Below, piece by piece: positions 1 to 9,615 of a stretch of 64,000 bases of DNA. The notes under the pieces were generated by a model. The model saw nothing but the letters and a program-made list of their open reading frames with translations, did not search any database and was not told the DNA's origin. The stretch spans positions 64,001 through 128,000 of the forward strand of contig CAWAAX010000004.1 in assembly GCA_963780225.1 (NCBI GenBank), written 5' to 3'. The stretch comes from an uncultured bacterium. Lineage in GTDB: Bacteria > Edwardsbacteria > AC1 > EtOH8. Position numbers and translations under genes: made by a program. The stretch's first letter is position 1; the number at the start of each line of letters is the position of its first letter.

Positions 1-1120
<1,120 letters not shown>

Positions 1121-1137
1121 TTAAAGTATTTGTTGAT

Positions 1138-1866
1138 CTAGTCAATGATCTTTTCTAATCTGAATTTTCCGTCCTGGTAAACTGCATAAGTGAAATTCTT
1201 AAAGAAATCCCCCAGGTTCAGGAAGACATGGCCCTCCATGTCCTTCAACGCCGGTTGGTGGGTGTGGCCGAACATCACCGCCTGGTAGCCCAGGGCAAAA
1301 AACCTGGCGGCCTGCCGTTCCAAGGGGGCCTGGTCCACGCATTTGTTTTTGGTCAGGTGATTGCGCGAATATTTTGAGAACCAATGGGCGAAGGAGATAG
1401 CCAGATCGGGATGGATCAACCTGAAAAGCCAGATAATCAGGGGATTCCGCAGTACTGCCTTCAAAATCCTGTACCCCCGGTCCGACGGATCCAGGCCGTC
1501 GCCGTGACAGAGCAAAACCTTTTTGCCGTCCAGTTCAATGGTCAGGTCATTCTTGACGATTTTTATCCCTAATTGCCGTTCCAGAAAAGGCCCCATCCAA
1601 TAATCGTGGTTACCGGTCAACAGGATGATCTCCATCCCGGAACGGCGCAGTTCCAGCATTTCAGCCAGAACCTCAAAATGTTCGGACTGGATCACAGTCC
1701 GGTATTCGAACCAGAAATCGAACAGGTCGCCCAGGATGTACAAAGGACCTGGTTGATCCTTGATCAAGGCAAAAAGTTTTTTCAGTTTTAAAAGTTTGAG
1801 ACGTTCCGGTTCGGGAGCGCCTGCGCCCAGGTGGACGTCAGATAAAAAGTAAAAGGGTATTGACAT
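1138..1866 (-). CDS. lpxH: UDP-2,3-diacylglucosamine diphosphatase (LpxH-like calcineurin-family metallophosphoesterase)
   Basis: SDVHLG, GDLFDFW, GNHD, HGD and GHTH motifs; C-terminal NLGD. Confidence 0.8.
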   Translation of the reverse strand: MSIPFYFLSDVHLGAGAPEPERLKLLKLKKLFALIKDQPGPLYILGDLFDFWFEYRTVIQSEHFEVLAEMLELRRSGMEIILLTGNHDYWMGPFLERQLGIKIVKNDLTIELDGKKVLLCHGDGLDPSDRGYRILKAVLRNPLIIWLFRLIHPDLAISFAHWFSKYSRNHLTKNKCVDQAPLERQAARFFALGYQAVMFGHTHQPALKDMEGHVFLNLGDFFKNFTYAVYQDGKFRLEKIID

Positions 1867-1976
1867 AAAAATGCAGTCGTGGTATCTTAAATTGTTAAAA
1901 GTTTTGGGCGATGCCCTGAGGCTCCAACACGTGAAACTATATCACAAGCAAAAATAAAAGGCAACTGAATTTTTTA

Positions 1977-2005
1977 TTGACTTTTAACCGGCAGATGCTT
2001 AAAAT
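1977..2005 (+). promoter_or_regulatory. sigma70-type promoter
   Basis: TTGACT-17 nt-TAAAAT upstream of the 2012 ORF. Confidence 0.55.
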
Positions 2006-2011
2006 AATCAA

Positions 2012-3232
2012 ATGGAAAGAAAGATGAGATCGAAAAGACTTGGGATCCCGGTTGTCTGTCTGATCCTGGCCCTGGCAACCTTAAGCTGCGGGCGTAATGC
2101 GGCCATCAACAAGGGGCGGCAGTTTATGGAGATCGGCGATCTGGGCAAGGCCATCGGGCAGTTCTCCATAGCCGTGCAAGATTCCCCCAAGGATCCCCAG
2201 GGCCATTATTACCTGGCTAGAGCCTATTGTCTGGCCGATTCGGCCGGACCGGCCTGCAAGGAATACGGGATATTAAGCCGGCTGGATCCTAAGGCGGCCC
2301 AGGATACTTTCTTAAGGCAAAAAGTGACGGTATTTTTGGGGCTGGAGCCCTATGAGTTGACCCGGCTGACCTTTGCACAGGGCAACGACGCACTGCCGGT
2401 ACTATCGCTTGACGGGGAAAAGATAGCCTTTTCCAGCAAGCGGGACGGAAACCCCGAGATATATGTCATGGATGCCGACGGCCAAAATCAAAAACGGATC
2501 ACCAACAACCCAGCCCTGGAATACATGCCGGCTTTCAGCCCGGATGGAAAAACTCTGGCCTACATTTCAGACCGCACCGGCAAGGACCAGATTTACCTTT
2601 TTGACTTTCAGTCACAAAAAGAGCGGAGATTAACAGCGGACAAATATAATAATTCGTGTCCCAGGTTTTCACCGGACGGGAGCGAGTTATTCTTTTTAAA
2701 CGACAGTGGGCCTTTTTGGGGGCTTTGGAGGATCTCCCTGGGAAAGAGCGCCTCTGCTCAAAGGATAATAACCGATCCGCAGGAGAAAGGGGATAAAGAT
2801 TATTTTGACATTGTATCCGGCCAAGTATTCTATCAGCAGGGACAGGAAAATCAGAAAGTGCTGAAGTTGTGGCCCCTGGCCGGAGGGGCAGCCAGGCAGG
2901 TCAACTGTCCTTCTTTTCGGGCCGGAATCCCCACGGTGCTTTCTCCCGACCGGAGATATTTGCTGTACACCTCTTCCCGCCAGGGCAACGACGAGGTCTA
3001 TCTTTACGACCGCCGGGAAGATGACAATATCCGGCTGACCGTTAACCCTGCCGAGGACATGGCTTTCGGGATCTTCCCCGATCAAAAGACAATAATGTTC
3101 GATTCCCGGCGCGACGGCGACCGCGAGGTATACCTGTTGCATCTGGATCAGCTGATACCGTCCGGCCGGATAGTCAAGGCCCTGGCCCAGGGGCAATCAA
3201 ATAATCCCGACAACAATAAAATGGGGAGGTAA
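2012..3232 (+). CDS. Lipoprotein with N-terminal TPR and TolB-like PD40 beta-propeller
   Basis: Lipobox-like LATLSC, TPR-like helices, repeated PxFSPDGKxIAFxSxRDGNxEIY units. Confidence 0.85.
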   Translation: MERKMRSKRLGIPVVCLILALATLSCGRNAAINKGRQFMEIGDLGKAIGQFSIAVQDSPKDPQGHYYLARAYCLADSAGPACKEYGILSRLDPKAAQDTFLRQKVTVFLGLEPYELTRLTFAQGNDALPVLSLDGEKIAFSSKRDGNPEIYVMDADGQNQKRITNNPALEYMPAFSPDGKTLAYISDRTGKDQIYLFDFQSQKERRLTADKYNNSCPRFSPDGSELFFLNDSGPFWGLWRISLGKSASAQRIITDPQEKGDKDYFDIVSGQVFYQQGQENQKVLKLWPLAGGAARQVNCPSFRAGIPTVLSPDRRYLLYTSSRQGNDEVYLYDRREDDNIRLTVNPAEDMAFGIFPDQKTIMFDSRRDGDREVYLLHLDQLIPSGRIVKALAQGQSNNPDNNKMGR

Positions 3233-3234
3233 AA

Positions 3235-3435
3235 ATGGAATGGCGATGTTCAATCTGCGGCTACGTCTATGACCCCAACCTGGGAGATCCGGACGGTGAT
3301 GTAAGGCCGGGGACCTATTTTGAATATCTCCCATTAGACTGGATCTGTCCCGAATGCGGGGCCGGCAAGGAGGTATTTGAGGGAGTGGACGAGGATTTTG
3401 AAGACGAGGAGTTCGTGCCCCGGAACCAGCTGTGA
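3235..3435 (+). CDS. Rubredoxin with acidic C-terminal tail
   Basis: [10 protein letters not shown]...WICPECG. Confidence 0.95.
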   Translation: MEWRCSICGYVYDPNLGDPDGDVRPGTYFEYLPLDWICPECGAGKEVFEGVDEDFEDEEFVPRNQL

Positions 3436-3537
3436 TCTAAAAATCAGCCCATCTCCGGTATTTTAAAAACACATGGGAGTCTGAACCGACGAACAATCAA
3501 AAGTAAATGGAACCAGCAACACCAAAAAGGCAGAGTT

Positions 3538-4365
3538 ATGCAGATCACCCATTACGGAGTGAGGGGCTCGATCCCGGCGCCAGGGCATGACACCGTTGAT
3601 TTCGGCGGCAACACCACCTGCGTGGAGGTGGTCACCACCAAGGGCCAGCGGCTGATAATAGACTGCGGCACCGGTATCCGCAAACTGGGGTTGAACCTCT
3701 TGAAGGAAAAAGAGGTGGCCGAGATCCCGATCTTCGTGACCCATGTCCACTGGGACCACATCCAGGGCCTGCCTTTCTTTCTGCCGATCTACGTGCCGCG
3801 CTTCAAACTGAGGTTCCTGGGGGCCAAGGAGAGCTTCGGCCGCCTCTATTCCACCCTTTACGACCAGATGGACGGCTACGTCTTTCCGGCCAAGCTGCAG
3901 GAGGTGCAGTCCAACATCAATTACCAGGTGGTGGACGACGACGAGGGCTTTAACCTGGGCGAGATGCACTGCGACATCATCCGCAACAACCACCCGGTGC
4001 CGACCTACGGGGTAAAGGTCCATGACAACGGCAAGACCTTCTGCTTTTTAACTGACAACGAGCTGATGATAGAAAATCCCCAGACCGAGTACAAGAAATT
4101 CGTGGAGTTCTGCGCCGGGGCCGACCTGCTGATCCACGACGCCCAGTACACCGAGGACGAGATCAAAAGCAAGCGGGGCTGGGGGCACTCCACCTTCCGG
4201 GAGGTAATCAAGCTGGCCGAGGACGCCGGGGTCAAGTCGCTGGGCTTTCACCACCACGACCCGGAGCGCACCGACCGGCAGCTGGAGCAGATAATCGAGG
4301 AGATCAAGGCCAATACCAAGATCCATATCTTTGGGGCCCGGGAGGGCGAAAAACTGGAGGTTTAA
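3538..4365 (+). CDS. MBL-fold metallo-hydrolase (RNase Z/phosphodiesterase-like)
   Basis: GVRGSIP, GGNTTC, THVHWDHIQG, HDAQY, WGHS, HHDP. Confidence 0.9.
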   Translation: MQITHYGVRGSIPAPGHDTVDFGGNTTCVEVVTTKGQRLIIDCGTGIRKLGLNLLKEKEVAEIPIFVTHVHWDHIQGLPFFLPIYVPRFKLRFLGAKESFGRLYSTLYDQMDGYVFPAKLQEVQSNINYQVVDDDEGFNLGEMHCDIIRNNHPVPTYGVKVHDNGKTFCFLTDNELMIENPQTEYKKFVEFCAGADLLIHDAQYTEDEIKSKRGWGHSTFREVIKLAEDAGVKSLGFHHHDPERTDRQLEQIIEEIKANTKIHIFGAREGEKLEV

Positions 4366-4372
4366 TCTATTT

Positions 4373-4398
4373 TAGCCCCGGCCTTAAGGCCGGGGCTA
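4373..4398. repeat. Perfect 26-bp palindrome (REP-like)
   Basis: TAGCCCCGGCCTTAAGGCCGGGGCTA; related to the termini of the 19024-19348 element. Confidence 0.8.
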
Positions 4399-4408
4399 TT
4401 AAATATCT

Positions 4409-6140
4409 ATGATCGATATCACCATCACCATAGCCGGCGCAGCCGGACAGGGGATGCAGACCATCTCCTACACCTTGGCCAAGGCGCTTACCCGCCAGGG
4501 CTACTACGTCCATTGCTACCAGGACCTGATGTCCCGGATCCGGGGCGGGCACAATTTTGCGTCTTTAAGGATCTCCGACCGGCCGGTGGGCAGTTTGTCG
4601 GAAAGGTCCAACATCCTGATCGCCCTGAACCGGGAATCAATTGACATCCATTCGCCCGGGATGGTGGAGGGCGGGGTGGTGGTCTATGACGAAGTATTAA
4701 ATAAAAAATCAGAAATCAGAAACCAGGGTTTGAATCATTTCCCGGTGCCGCTGGAGAAACTGGCGCTGGAGGCGGCCCAGAACAAGTTGATGCTCAATTC
4801 CACGGCCTGTGGAGTGTGCTTCAGCCTGATGGAATACGATTTCGATGTGCTGGCCGACACCTTGGGCGACCTGTTCGACCGCAAGGGAGATCTTATAGTG
4901 GAGGCCAACATCCGGGCGGCCCGGGCCGGTTACGATTACGCCGAGCGGGAATTCAAGGGCGTCTGCCCCTACTGCACCCTGCACCGGAAAGCTTCCACAA
5001 GACCCAGGCAAGATGCTTTTAACCGGCAGCGAAGCGGCCGGGTTCGGCAGTTTGGTCTCGGGCCTGCAGTTCCTTTCGGCCTATCCCATGTCGCCCTCCA
5101 CCGGGATCATGGAATACTGCGCCGCCAAGCAAAAGGAGGTCTCCGGTCTTTTGGTGGAGCAGGCCGAGGACGAGATCTCGGCCGTCAACATGGCCATCGG
5201 GGCCTCGGTGGCCGGAGTACGGGCCATGACCTGCACCTCGGGTGGCGGATTCGCTTTGATGACCGAGGGCCTCTCGCTGGCCGGCATGACCGAAGCGCCG
5301 CTGGTGGTCTTCATCGCCCAGCGGCCCGGCCCGGCCACCGGCTTTCCCACCCGCACCGAGCAGGGGGACCTTTTGTTCGCCCTGTACGGCGGGCACGGCG
5401 AGTTCGCCCGGGCCATTCTGGCCCCCGGCGACGCCGAAGAAACAATTTACGCCATGCAAAAAGCCTTCAACCTGGCCGACAGGTACCAGACCCCGGTGAT
5501 TGTCCTGGGCGACCAGAACCTGAACGACTCGTTCTGGACCGTGGACGGTTTTGACCTGGATAAAATTTCCATTGACCGGGGCAAACTCCTGGCTTCTTGG
5601 GATCAGGCTTCCGGTTCCTACAAGCGCTACCACCTATCCTCGGACGGAGTCTCTTCACGGCTCATTCCCGGCGATACCGAGGAGGTGCAGTACTGGGACA
5701 GCGACGAACACACCGAGGAGGGGCACATCGCCGAGAGCGCAGCGATCCGCTTGCAGATGACGGCCAAGCGTCTGGCCAAGCTCAAAGGCCTTAAGGAGGA
5801 TTCTCTTGGTCCTGAGGTCTTCGGAGATTCCAGGGAAACAGTCCTGGTCGGCTTCGGTTCTTCAAAATGGGCGGTGCGGGAGGCGATCCAGCTACTGCAG
5901 GAAAAGGGGGAGAAGGTGGCGGCGGTGCATTTTCCACAGGTATTTCCGTTGCCAAAAGAAACTGTGGAATTGCTGTCCGGTTTTAAAAAGATCATCGTAG
6001 TGGAACAGAACGCCACCGGGCAGTTTGAGAAGCTGCTGCTGACAGAGACTAAGATCAAAGCGGATAGTTCCATTCGCAAGTTTGACGGGCGGCCGTTGAC
6101 GGCGAAGTATATAGTTGATAGTTACGACACCTTGGTCTAA
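4409..6140 (+). CDS. korA: 2-oxoacid:ferredoxin oxidoreductase alpha subunit (gamma-alpha fusion type), interrupted by a +1 frameshift near 4990-5012
   Basis: Frame starting at 4409 gives IAGAAGQG...SRIRGGHN. Frame starting at 5013 gives LLTGSEA...YPMSPS...QAEDEI...TSGGGF...QRPGPATG.PTRTEQGD. Confidence 0.9.
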
Positions 6141-6370
6141 CCTTATAAGGAAACCAGGAATACAGGAAAATAAGTGACCCGGATACTTACGACGCCTTAG
6201 GTTAATCTTTATAAGGAAACCAGGAATACAGGAAAATAAATGACCCGGATACTTACGATGCCTTAGGTTAATCTTTATAAGGAAACCAGGAATACAGGAA
6301 AATAAATGACCCGGATACTTACGACGCCTTAGGTTAATCTTTATAAGGAAACCAAGAAAGCAGGAAAATC
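6117..6370 (+). repeat. Left tandem array, 66-bp period, four copies of core ATAAGGAAACCAGGAATACAGGAA
   Basis: Cores start at 6145, 6211, 6277 and 6343; inter-core segments are nearly identical to each other. Confidence 0.95.
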
Positions 6371-6905
6371 AAACACAGGATATTATGGCATTAGAACATG
6401 AAAAACTGACAGAGGCAATAATCGGAGCCGCAATAACGGTCCACAAAAAACTTGGGCCCGGATTCATTGAATCGATATATGAAAACGCGCTGGTCATTGA
6501 ACTTAGAAAAATTGGTTTGATGGTTGATCAGCAAATGGAAATGTCTGTAGAATATGACGCAATAGAAGTAGGAAAACACAGATTGGATCTTCTGGTGGAG
6601 AAGACCATAGTCGTTGAACTTAAGGCGATAAAGAATATAGAAGACATACATTATGCCATTGTCAGATCGTATCTGAAAGCATTGAAGTTAGAGCATGGAT
6701 TACTTTTAAACTTTGGCAAGTTAACATTGGATGTAAAAAGGGTAATCTCAAAGTAATTCCTGTCTTTATGGATTCCTAATAATAAGGTGGTGAATGTAAA
6801 ATAGTGATCCCAAAGTAATTCCTGTCTTCATGGGTTCCTAATAAAAAAGTGGTGGATGTAAAAAGGGTGATCTCAAAGTAATTCCTGCCTTCATGGATTC
6901 CTAAT
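6143..6905 (+). mobile_element. Putative GxxExxY cassette bounded by inverted arrays
   Basis: AT-rich insert splitting korA from korB. Left core matches the reverse complement of the right core at 20/24 positions. Cargo-less copies occur elsewhere in the window. Confidence 0.65.
6385..6756 (+). CDS. GxxExxY protein (PD-(D/E)XK nuclease-like fold)
   Basis: VHKKLGPGFIESIYENAL (GxxExxY), RLDLLVE...VVELKA, GLLLNFG. Confidence 0.95.
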   Translation: MALEHEKLTEAIIGAAITVHKKLGPGFIESIYENALVIELRKIGLMVDQQMEMSVEYDAIEVGKHRLDLLVEKTIVVELKAIKNIEDIHYAIVRSYLKALKLEHGLLLNFGKLTLDVKRVISK

Positions 6906-6935
6906 GAAAAAGTAGTAAAGTATGTTGGATGTAAA
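6727..6935 (+). repeat. Right tandem array, 62-63-bp period, three copies of core TTCCTGTCTTCATGGATTCCTAAT
   Basis: Cores at 6757, 6819 and 6882, each preceded by a copy of the GxxExxY 3' end (GATGTAAAAAGGGTRATCTCAAAGTAA). Confidence 0.93.
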
Positions 6936-7776
6936 TATTTATAAAAGCGAAGACCAAAGCGCCTGGTGCCCGGGCTGCTACAATTTTGCCATCCTCAAGG
7001 CAGTCAAGCAGGCCCTAGCCTCCCTGGACATCGCGCCCCACCAGGTGATGTTCTCCTCGGGCATCGGCCAGGCCCCCAAGCTGCCGCATTACCTGAAATG
7101 CAACCTGTTCAACGGCCTGCACGGGAGGACCCTCCCCGTGGCCACCGGCATCAAGCTGGCCAACCACGGCCTGCAGGTGATCGCCGAGGGCGGGGACGGC
7201 GACGGCTACGCCGAGGGCGGCAACCACTTCATCCATGCCATGCGGCGCAACCCGGGCATCACCTACCTGGTACACGACAACCAGATCTACGGACTGACCA
7301 AGGGCCAGACCTCGCCCACCTCGGAACCGGGACTGGTCACCGGCACCACGCCTTTCGGCAATTACAACGCCCCGGAGCACCCCCTGGCTTTGGCCATCGC
7401 CGCCGACTGCAGTTTTGCGGCCCGGGGCTTTGCCGGGGACGCAGACCATTTGGCGGAGCTGATCGCCCAGGCCATCAAGCACCCCGGCTTTGCCCTGGTG
7501 GACATCCTGCAGCCCTGCGTCACCTTTAACAAGCTTAACACCTTTCAATGGTACAAAGACAGGGTCTACAAACTGGAGCCGGACTACGATCCTTCAGACC
7601 GGCAAAAAGCCTTTGCCAAGGCGTGTGAATGGGGGGAGAAAATACCGATCGGGGTCATCTACAAGAACGACCGGCAGCCCCTGGAAAACCAGCTTCCGCA
7701 ACTAAAGCCCGGCCCGCTGGTCAAACAGGCGGCCGACCTGGATCAACGAAAAAAACTCATCAAGCAATTCAATTAG
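6922..7776 (+). CDS. korB: 2-oxoacid:ferredoxin oxidoreductase beta subunit
   Basis: WCPGC, SGIGQ, LHGR, GGDGD (TPP motif), DNQIYGLTKGQTSPT, QPCVTFN. Confidence 0.95.
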   Translation: MLDVNIYKSEDQSAWCPGCYNFAILKAVKQALASLDIAPHQVMFSSGIGQAPKLPHYLKCNLFNGLHGRTLPVATGIKLANHGLQVIAEGGDGDGYAEGGNHFIHAMRRNPGITYLVHDNQIYGLTKGQTSPTSEPGLVTGTTPFGNYNAPEHPLALAIAADCSFAARGFAGDADHLAELIAQAIKHPGFALVDILQPCVTFNKLNTFQWYKDRVYKLEPDYDPSDRQKAFAKACEWGEKIPIGVIYKNDRQPLENQLPQLKPGPLVKQAADLDQRKKLIKQFN

Positions 7777-7808
7777 GGGTCAGCGCACAATTCAACTAAG
7801 GAAGAACC

Positions 7809-8174
7809 ATGGCCAAAGTAGGTTTCATTGAACACCACAAGATCCGGATACTATCCCTGGATGTCAGCCATTCGCAAAACGCCGAGGAGAACATCGCGGC
7901 CTTTCAGGAGGCCCAGGCCATTATTGTGAAACAGCCCCCCAAGTCGGTGCGGCTGTTGACTGATGTCATCAAGGCCCATTACACCGCCCAGGCGGTGGAC
8001 GCCATGAAGGAATTTTCCCAGGCGGTTACACCTTACGTCCTGGCCAGCGCTGCGGTGGGGGTTTCCGGGATCAAGCGGGTGGTGCTGCAGTCATTGATCC
8101 GCCTTTCGGGCCGCCATATAGAGGTATTCGGCGAGCGGGAAAAGGCCCTGGACTGGCTGGCGGGGCAACTATAA
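7809..8174 (+). CDS. Hypothetical protein, STAS/SEC14 (SpoIIAA-like) fold
   Basis: Small alpha/beta protein with LLTDV, AAVGVSGIKRV and the characteristic C-terminal EKALDWL. Confidence 0.6.
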   Translation: MAKVGFIEHHKIRILSLDVSHSQNAEENIAAFQEAQAIIVKQPPKSVRLLTDVIKAHYTAQAVDAMKEFSQAVTPYVLASAAVGVSGIKRVVLQSLIRLSGRHIEVFGEREKALDWLAGQL

Positions 8175-8398
8175 ACAGTTAACAATGAACAATGAACAAT
8201 AAATACTAAACGCTAAAACTTGTCCTGCCTGCCCACGGCCCCGCAAAGCGGAGCCTCGCCTTAGACGGGGCGTGGCACGCCGTAGGAGTGAGGAAGGGCG
8301 GCTTGCCTAACAAACGAATGAACATCAAACACCAAAACTTGTCCTGAGTATGGCTGCCTTGCACACCAAACGAATGGACACCAAAAGCTAAACTGAAC
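8174..8398. repeat. Intergenic mosaic of degenerate heptamer repeats and nested hairpin elements
   Basis: AACAGTT AACAATG AACAATG AACAATA AATACTA AACGCTA; AAAACTTGTCCTG twice; AAACGAATG twice. Confidence 0.7.
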
Positions 8399-8405
8399 AG
8401 AGAAT

Positions 8406-8909
8406 ATGCTGAAAAAACTTGATCCCAAAAAACTCAAGGTCAATCCCTTCACTTTGATGGAGGACGAGTGGTTCCTTTTGACCGCCGGAAAAAAAGGTGA
8501 CTACAACACCATGACCTGCGGCTGGGGGACACTGGGGACGCTGTGGAGCAAGCCGGTGGCCTTCGTTTTCGTCCGTCCCACCCGCCACACCTACAAGTTC
8601 GCCAATAAGTACGAAGACTTCACCCTGTCGTTCTTTGGGAAAAAATGCCGCCCGGCCCTCAAGTTATGCGGCACCAAGTCCGGCCGGGACGGCGACAAGG
8701 TCAAAGAGGCCGGGTTGACCCCGGTTGTCACCCCCAGGGGCAATGTTTATTTCAAGGAAGCCCGGATGGTGCTGGAATGCAAAAAAATATACTTTGACGA
8801 CCTTGATCCCAGGAAGTTCCTGGCCCCGGAGATAGAAAAAAACTACCCCAAGAAGGATTACCATAGGATGTATGTGGGGGAGATCCGGAACATCTTTACC
8901 ACGGCATAA
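8406..8909 (+). CDS. Flavin reductase family protein
   Basis: NTMTCGWG, VRPTRHT, CGTKSGRDGDK, DYHRMYVGEI. Confidence 0.9.
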   Translation: MLKKLDPKKLKVNPFTLMEDEWFLLTAGKKGDYNTMTCGWGTLGTLWSKPVAFVFVRPTRHTYKFANKYEDFTLSFFGKKCRPALKLCGTKSGRDGDKVKEAGLTPVVTPRGNVYFKEARMVLECKKIYFDDLDPRKFLAPEIEKNYPKKDYHRMYVGEIRNIFTTA

Positions 8910-8932
8910 TCCGGCCGGCCCGTAAAAAGTGG

Positions 8933-8962
8933 TTGACAGGCCAGTATTTTAAGTGATAAAAT
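8933..8962 (+). promoter_or_regulatory. sigma70-type promoter for the tRNA-Ser pair
   Basis: TTGACA-18 nt-TAAAAT with TG extension. Confidence 0.65.
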
Positions 8963-8977
8963 AAGGATAAGTTCACG

Positions 8978-9065
8978 GGAAGCGTGGCCGAGTGGTCGAT
9001 GGCGGCGGTCTTGAAAACCGTTGTGCTGAAAGGCACCAGGGGTTCGAATCCTCTCGCTTCCGCCA
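8978..9065 (+). tRNA. tRNA-Ser (anticodon TGA)
   Basis: Acceptor stem GGAAGCG/CGCTTCC-G-CCA, anticodon loop CTTGAAA, long variable arm, GGTTCGAATCC T-arm. Confidence 0.97.
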
Positions 9066-9160
9066 TTATGGACGAACCCCTGGTGCAGATGAAATCTGCG
9101 GGGTTCTCCGCCGGCAGGAATTCGGACTGGCCAAGCGACGGCGGATACGCCTGAGGCGTA

Positions 9161-9180
9161 GAATCCTCTCGCTTCCGCCA
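9161..9180 (+). repeat. Exact 20-bp direct repeat of the tRNA-Ser(TGA) 3' end (att-like)
   Basis: GAATCCTCTCGCTTCCGCCA, identical to 9046-9065. Confidence 0.9.
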
Positions 9181-9260
9181 GACTACTCCATAAAAAACCG
9201 GGCAAGCAAGAGGCTTCGTCTGGCGGGCCAGACAAATAAAAAACACAAGGGTTCATTTGC

Positions 9261-9354
9261 GGAGGGGTGGCCGAGTGGCCGAAGGCGACGGTTTGCTAAA
9301 CCGTTATACGGCCTTAAAGCTGTATCCAGGGTTCAAATCCCTGCCCCTCCGCCA
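9261..9354 (+). tRNA. tRNA-Ser (anticodon GCT)
   Basis: Acceptor stem GGAGGGG/CCCCTCC-G-CCA, anticodon loop TTGCTAA, long variable arm. Confidence 0.97.
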
Positions 9355-9372
9355 TAATGCAAAAAAATCAAA

Positions 9373-9408
9373 AAGCGGGGCTGTCATGACGGCCCCGCTT
9401 CTTTTATT
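9373..9408 (+). terminator. Intrinsic terminator
   Basis: AAGCGGGGCTGTC-AT-GACGGCCCCGCTT followed by a T-rich tail. Confidence 0.75.
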
Positions 9409-9615
9409 GCCGCCGGTTCTGATGACTTCAGTATTGTGGCGGTTTTTGTCGCTCCCGGGCGGTATAATGCCGTAAAGAGCCAATGAAACAGATGTAATAT
9501 CAACCTGCTGGTTTTTAAGGCTTCAAGTCATTTAACAAGAGGTATTGACTATCCCGCCGCTTAACTGGTATATTAGGAAACGGCGGTTCAAGACCAAACC
9601 AAAAGGAGCGAGCAG

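Noticed and set aside
5013..5554. C-terminal part of the 4409-5554 ORF
   Set aside because: Out-of-frame read-through after the korA frameshift; Arg/Gly-rich sequence with no recognisable motifs.
6145..6905. CRISPR array
   Set aside because: The period resembles CRISPR, but the spacers are near-identical copies of local flanks rather than unique sequences, and no cas genes are in the window.
8978..9065. Selenocysteine or suppressor tRNA
   Set aside because: Anticodon 5'-UGA-3' reads UCA (Ser); tRNA-Sec would have anticodon UCA and a longer acceptor stem.
8896..9475. ORFs over the tRNA region
   Set aside because: They overlap two clear tRNA genes and have no protein motifs.
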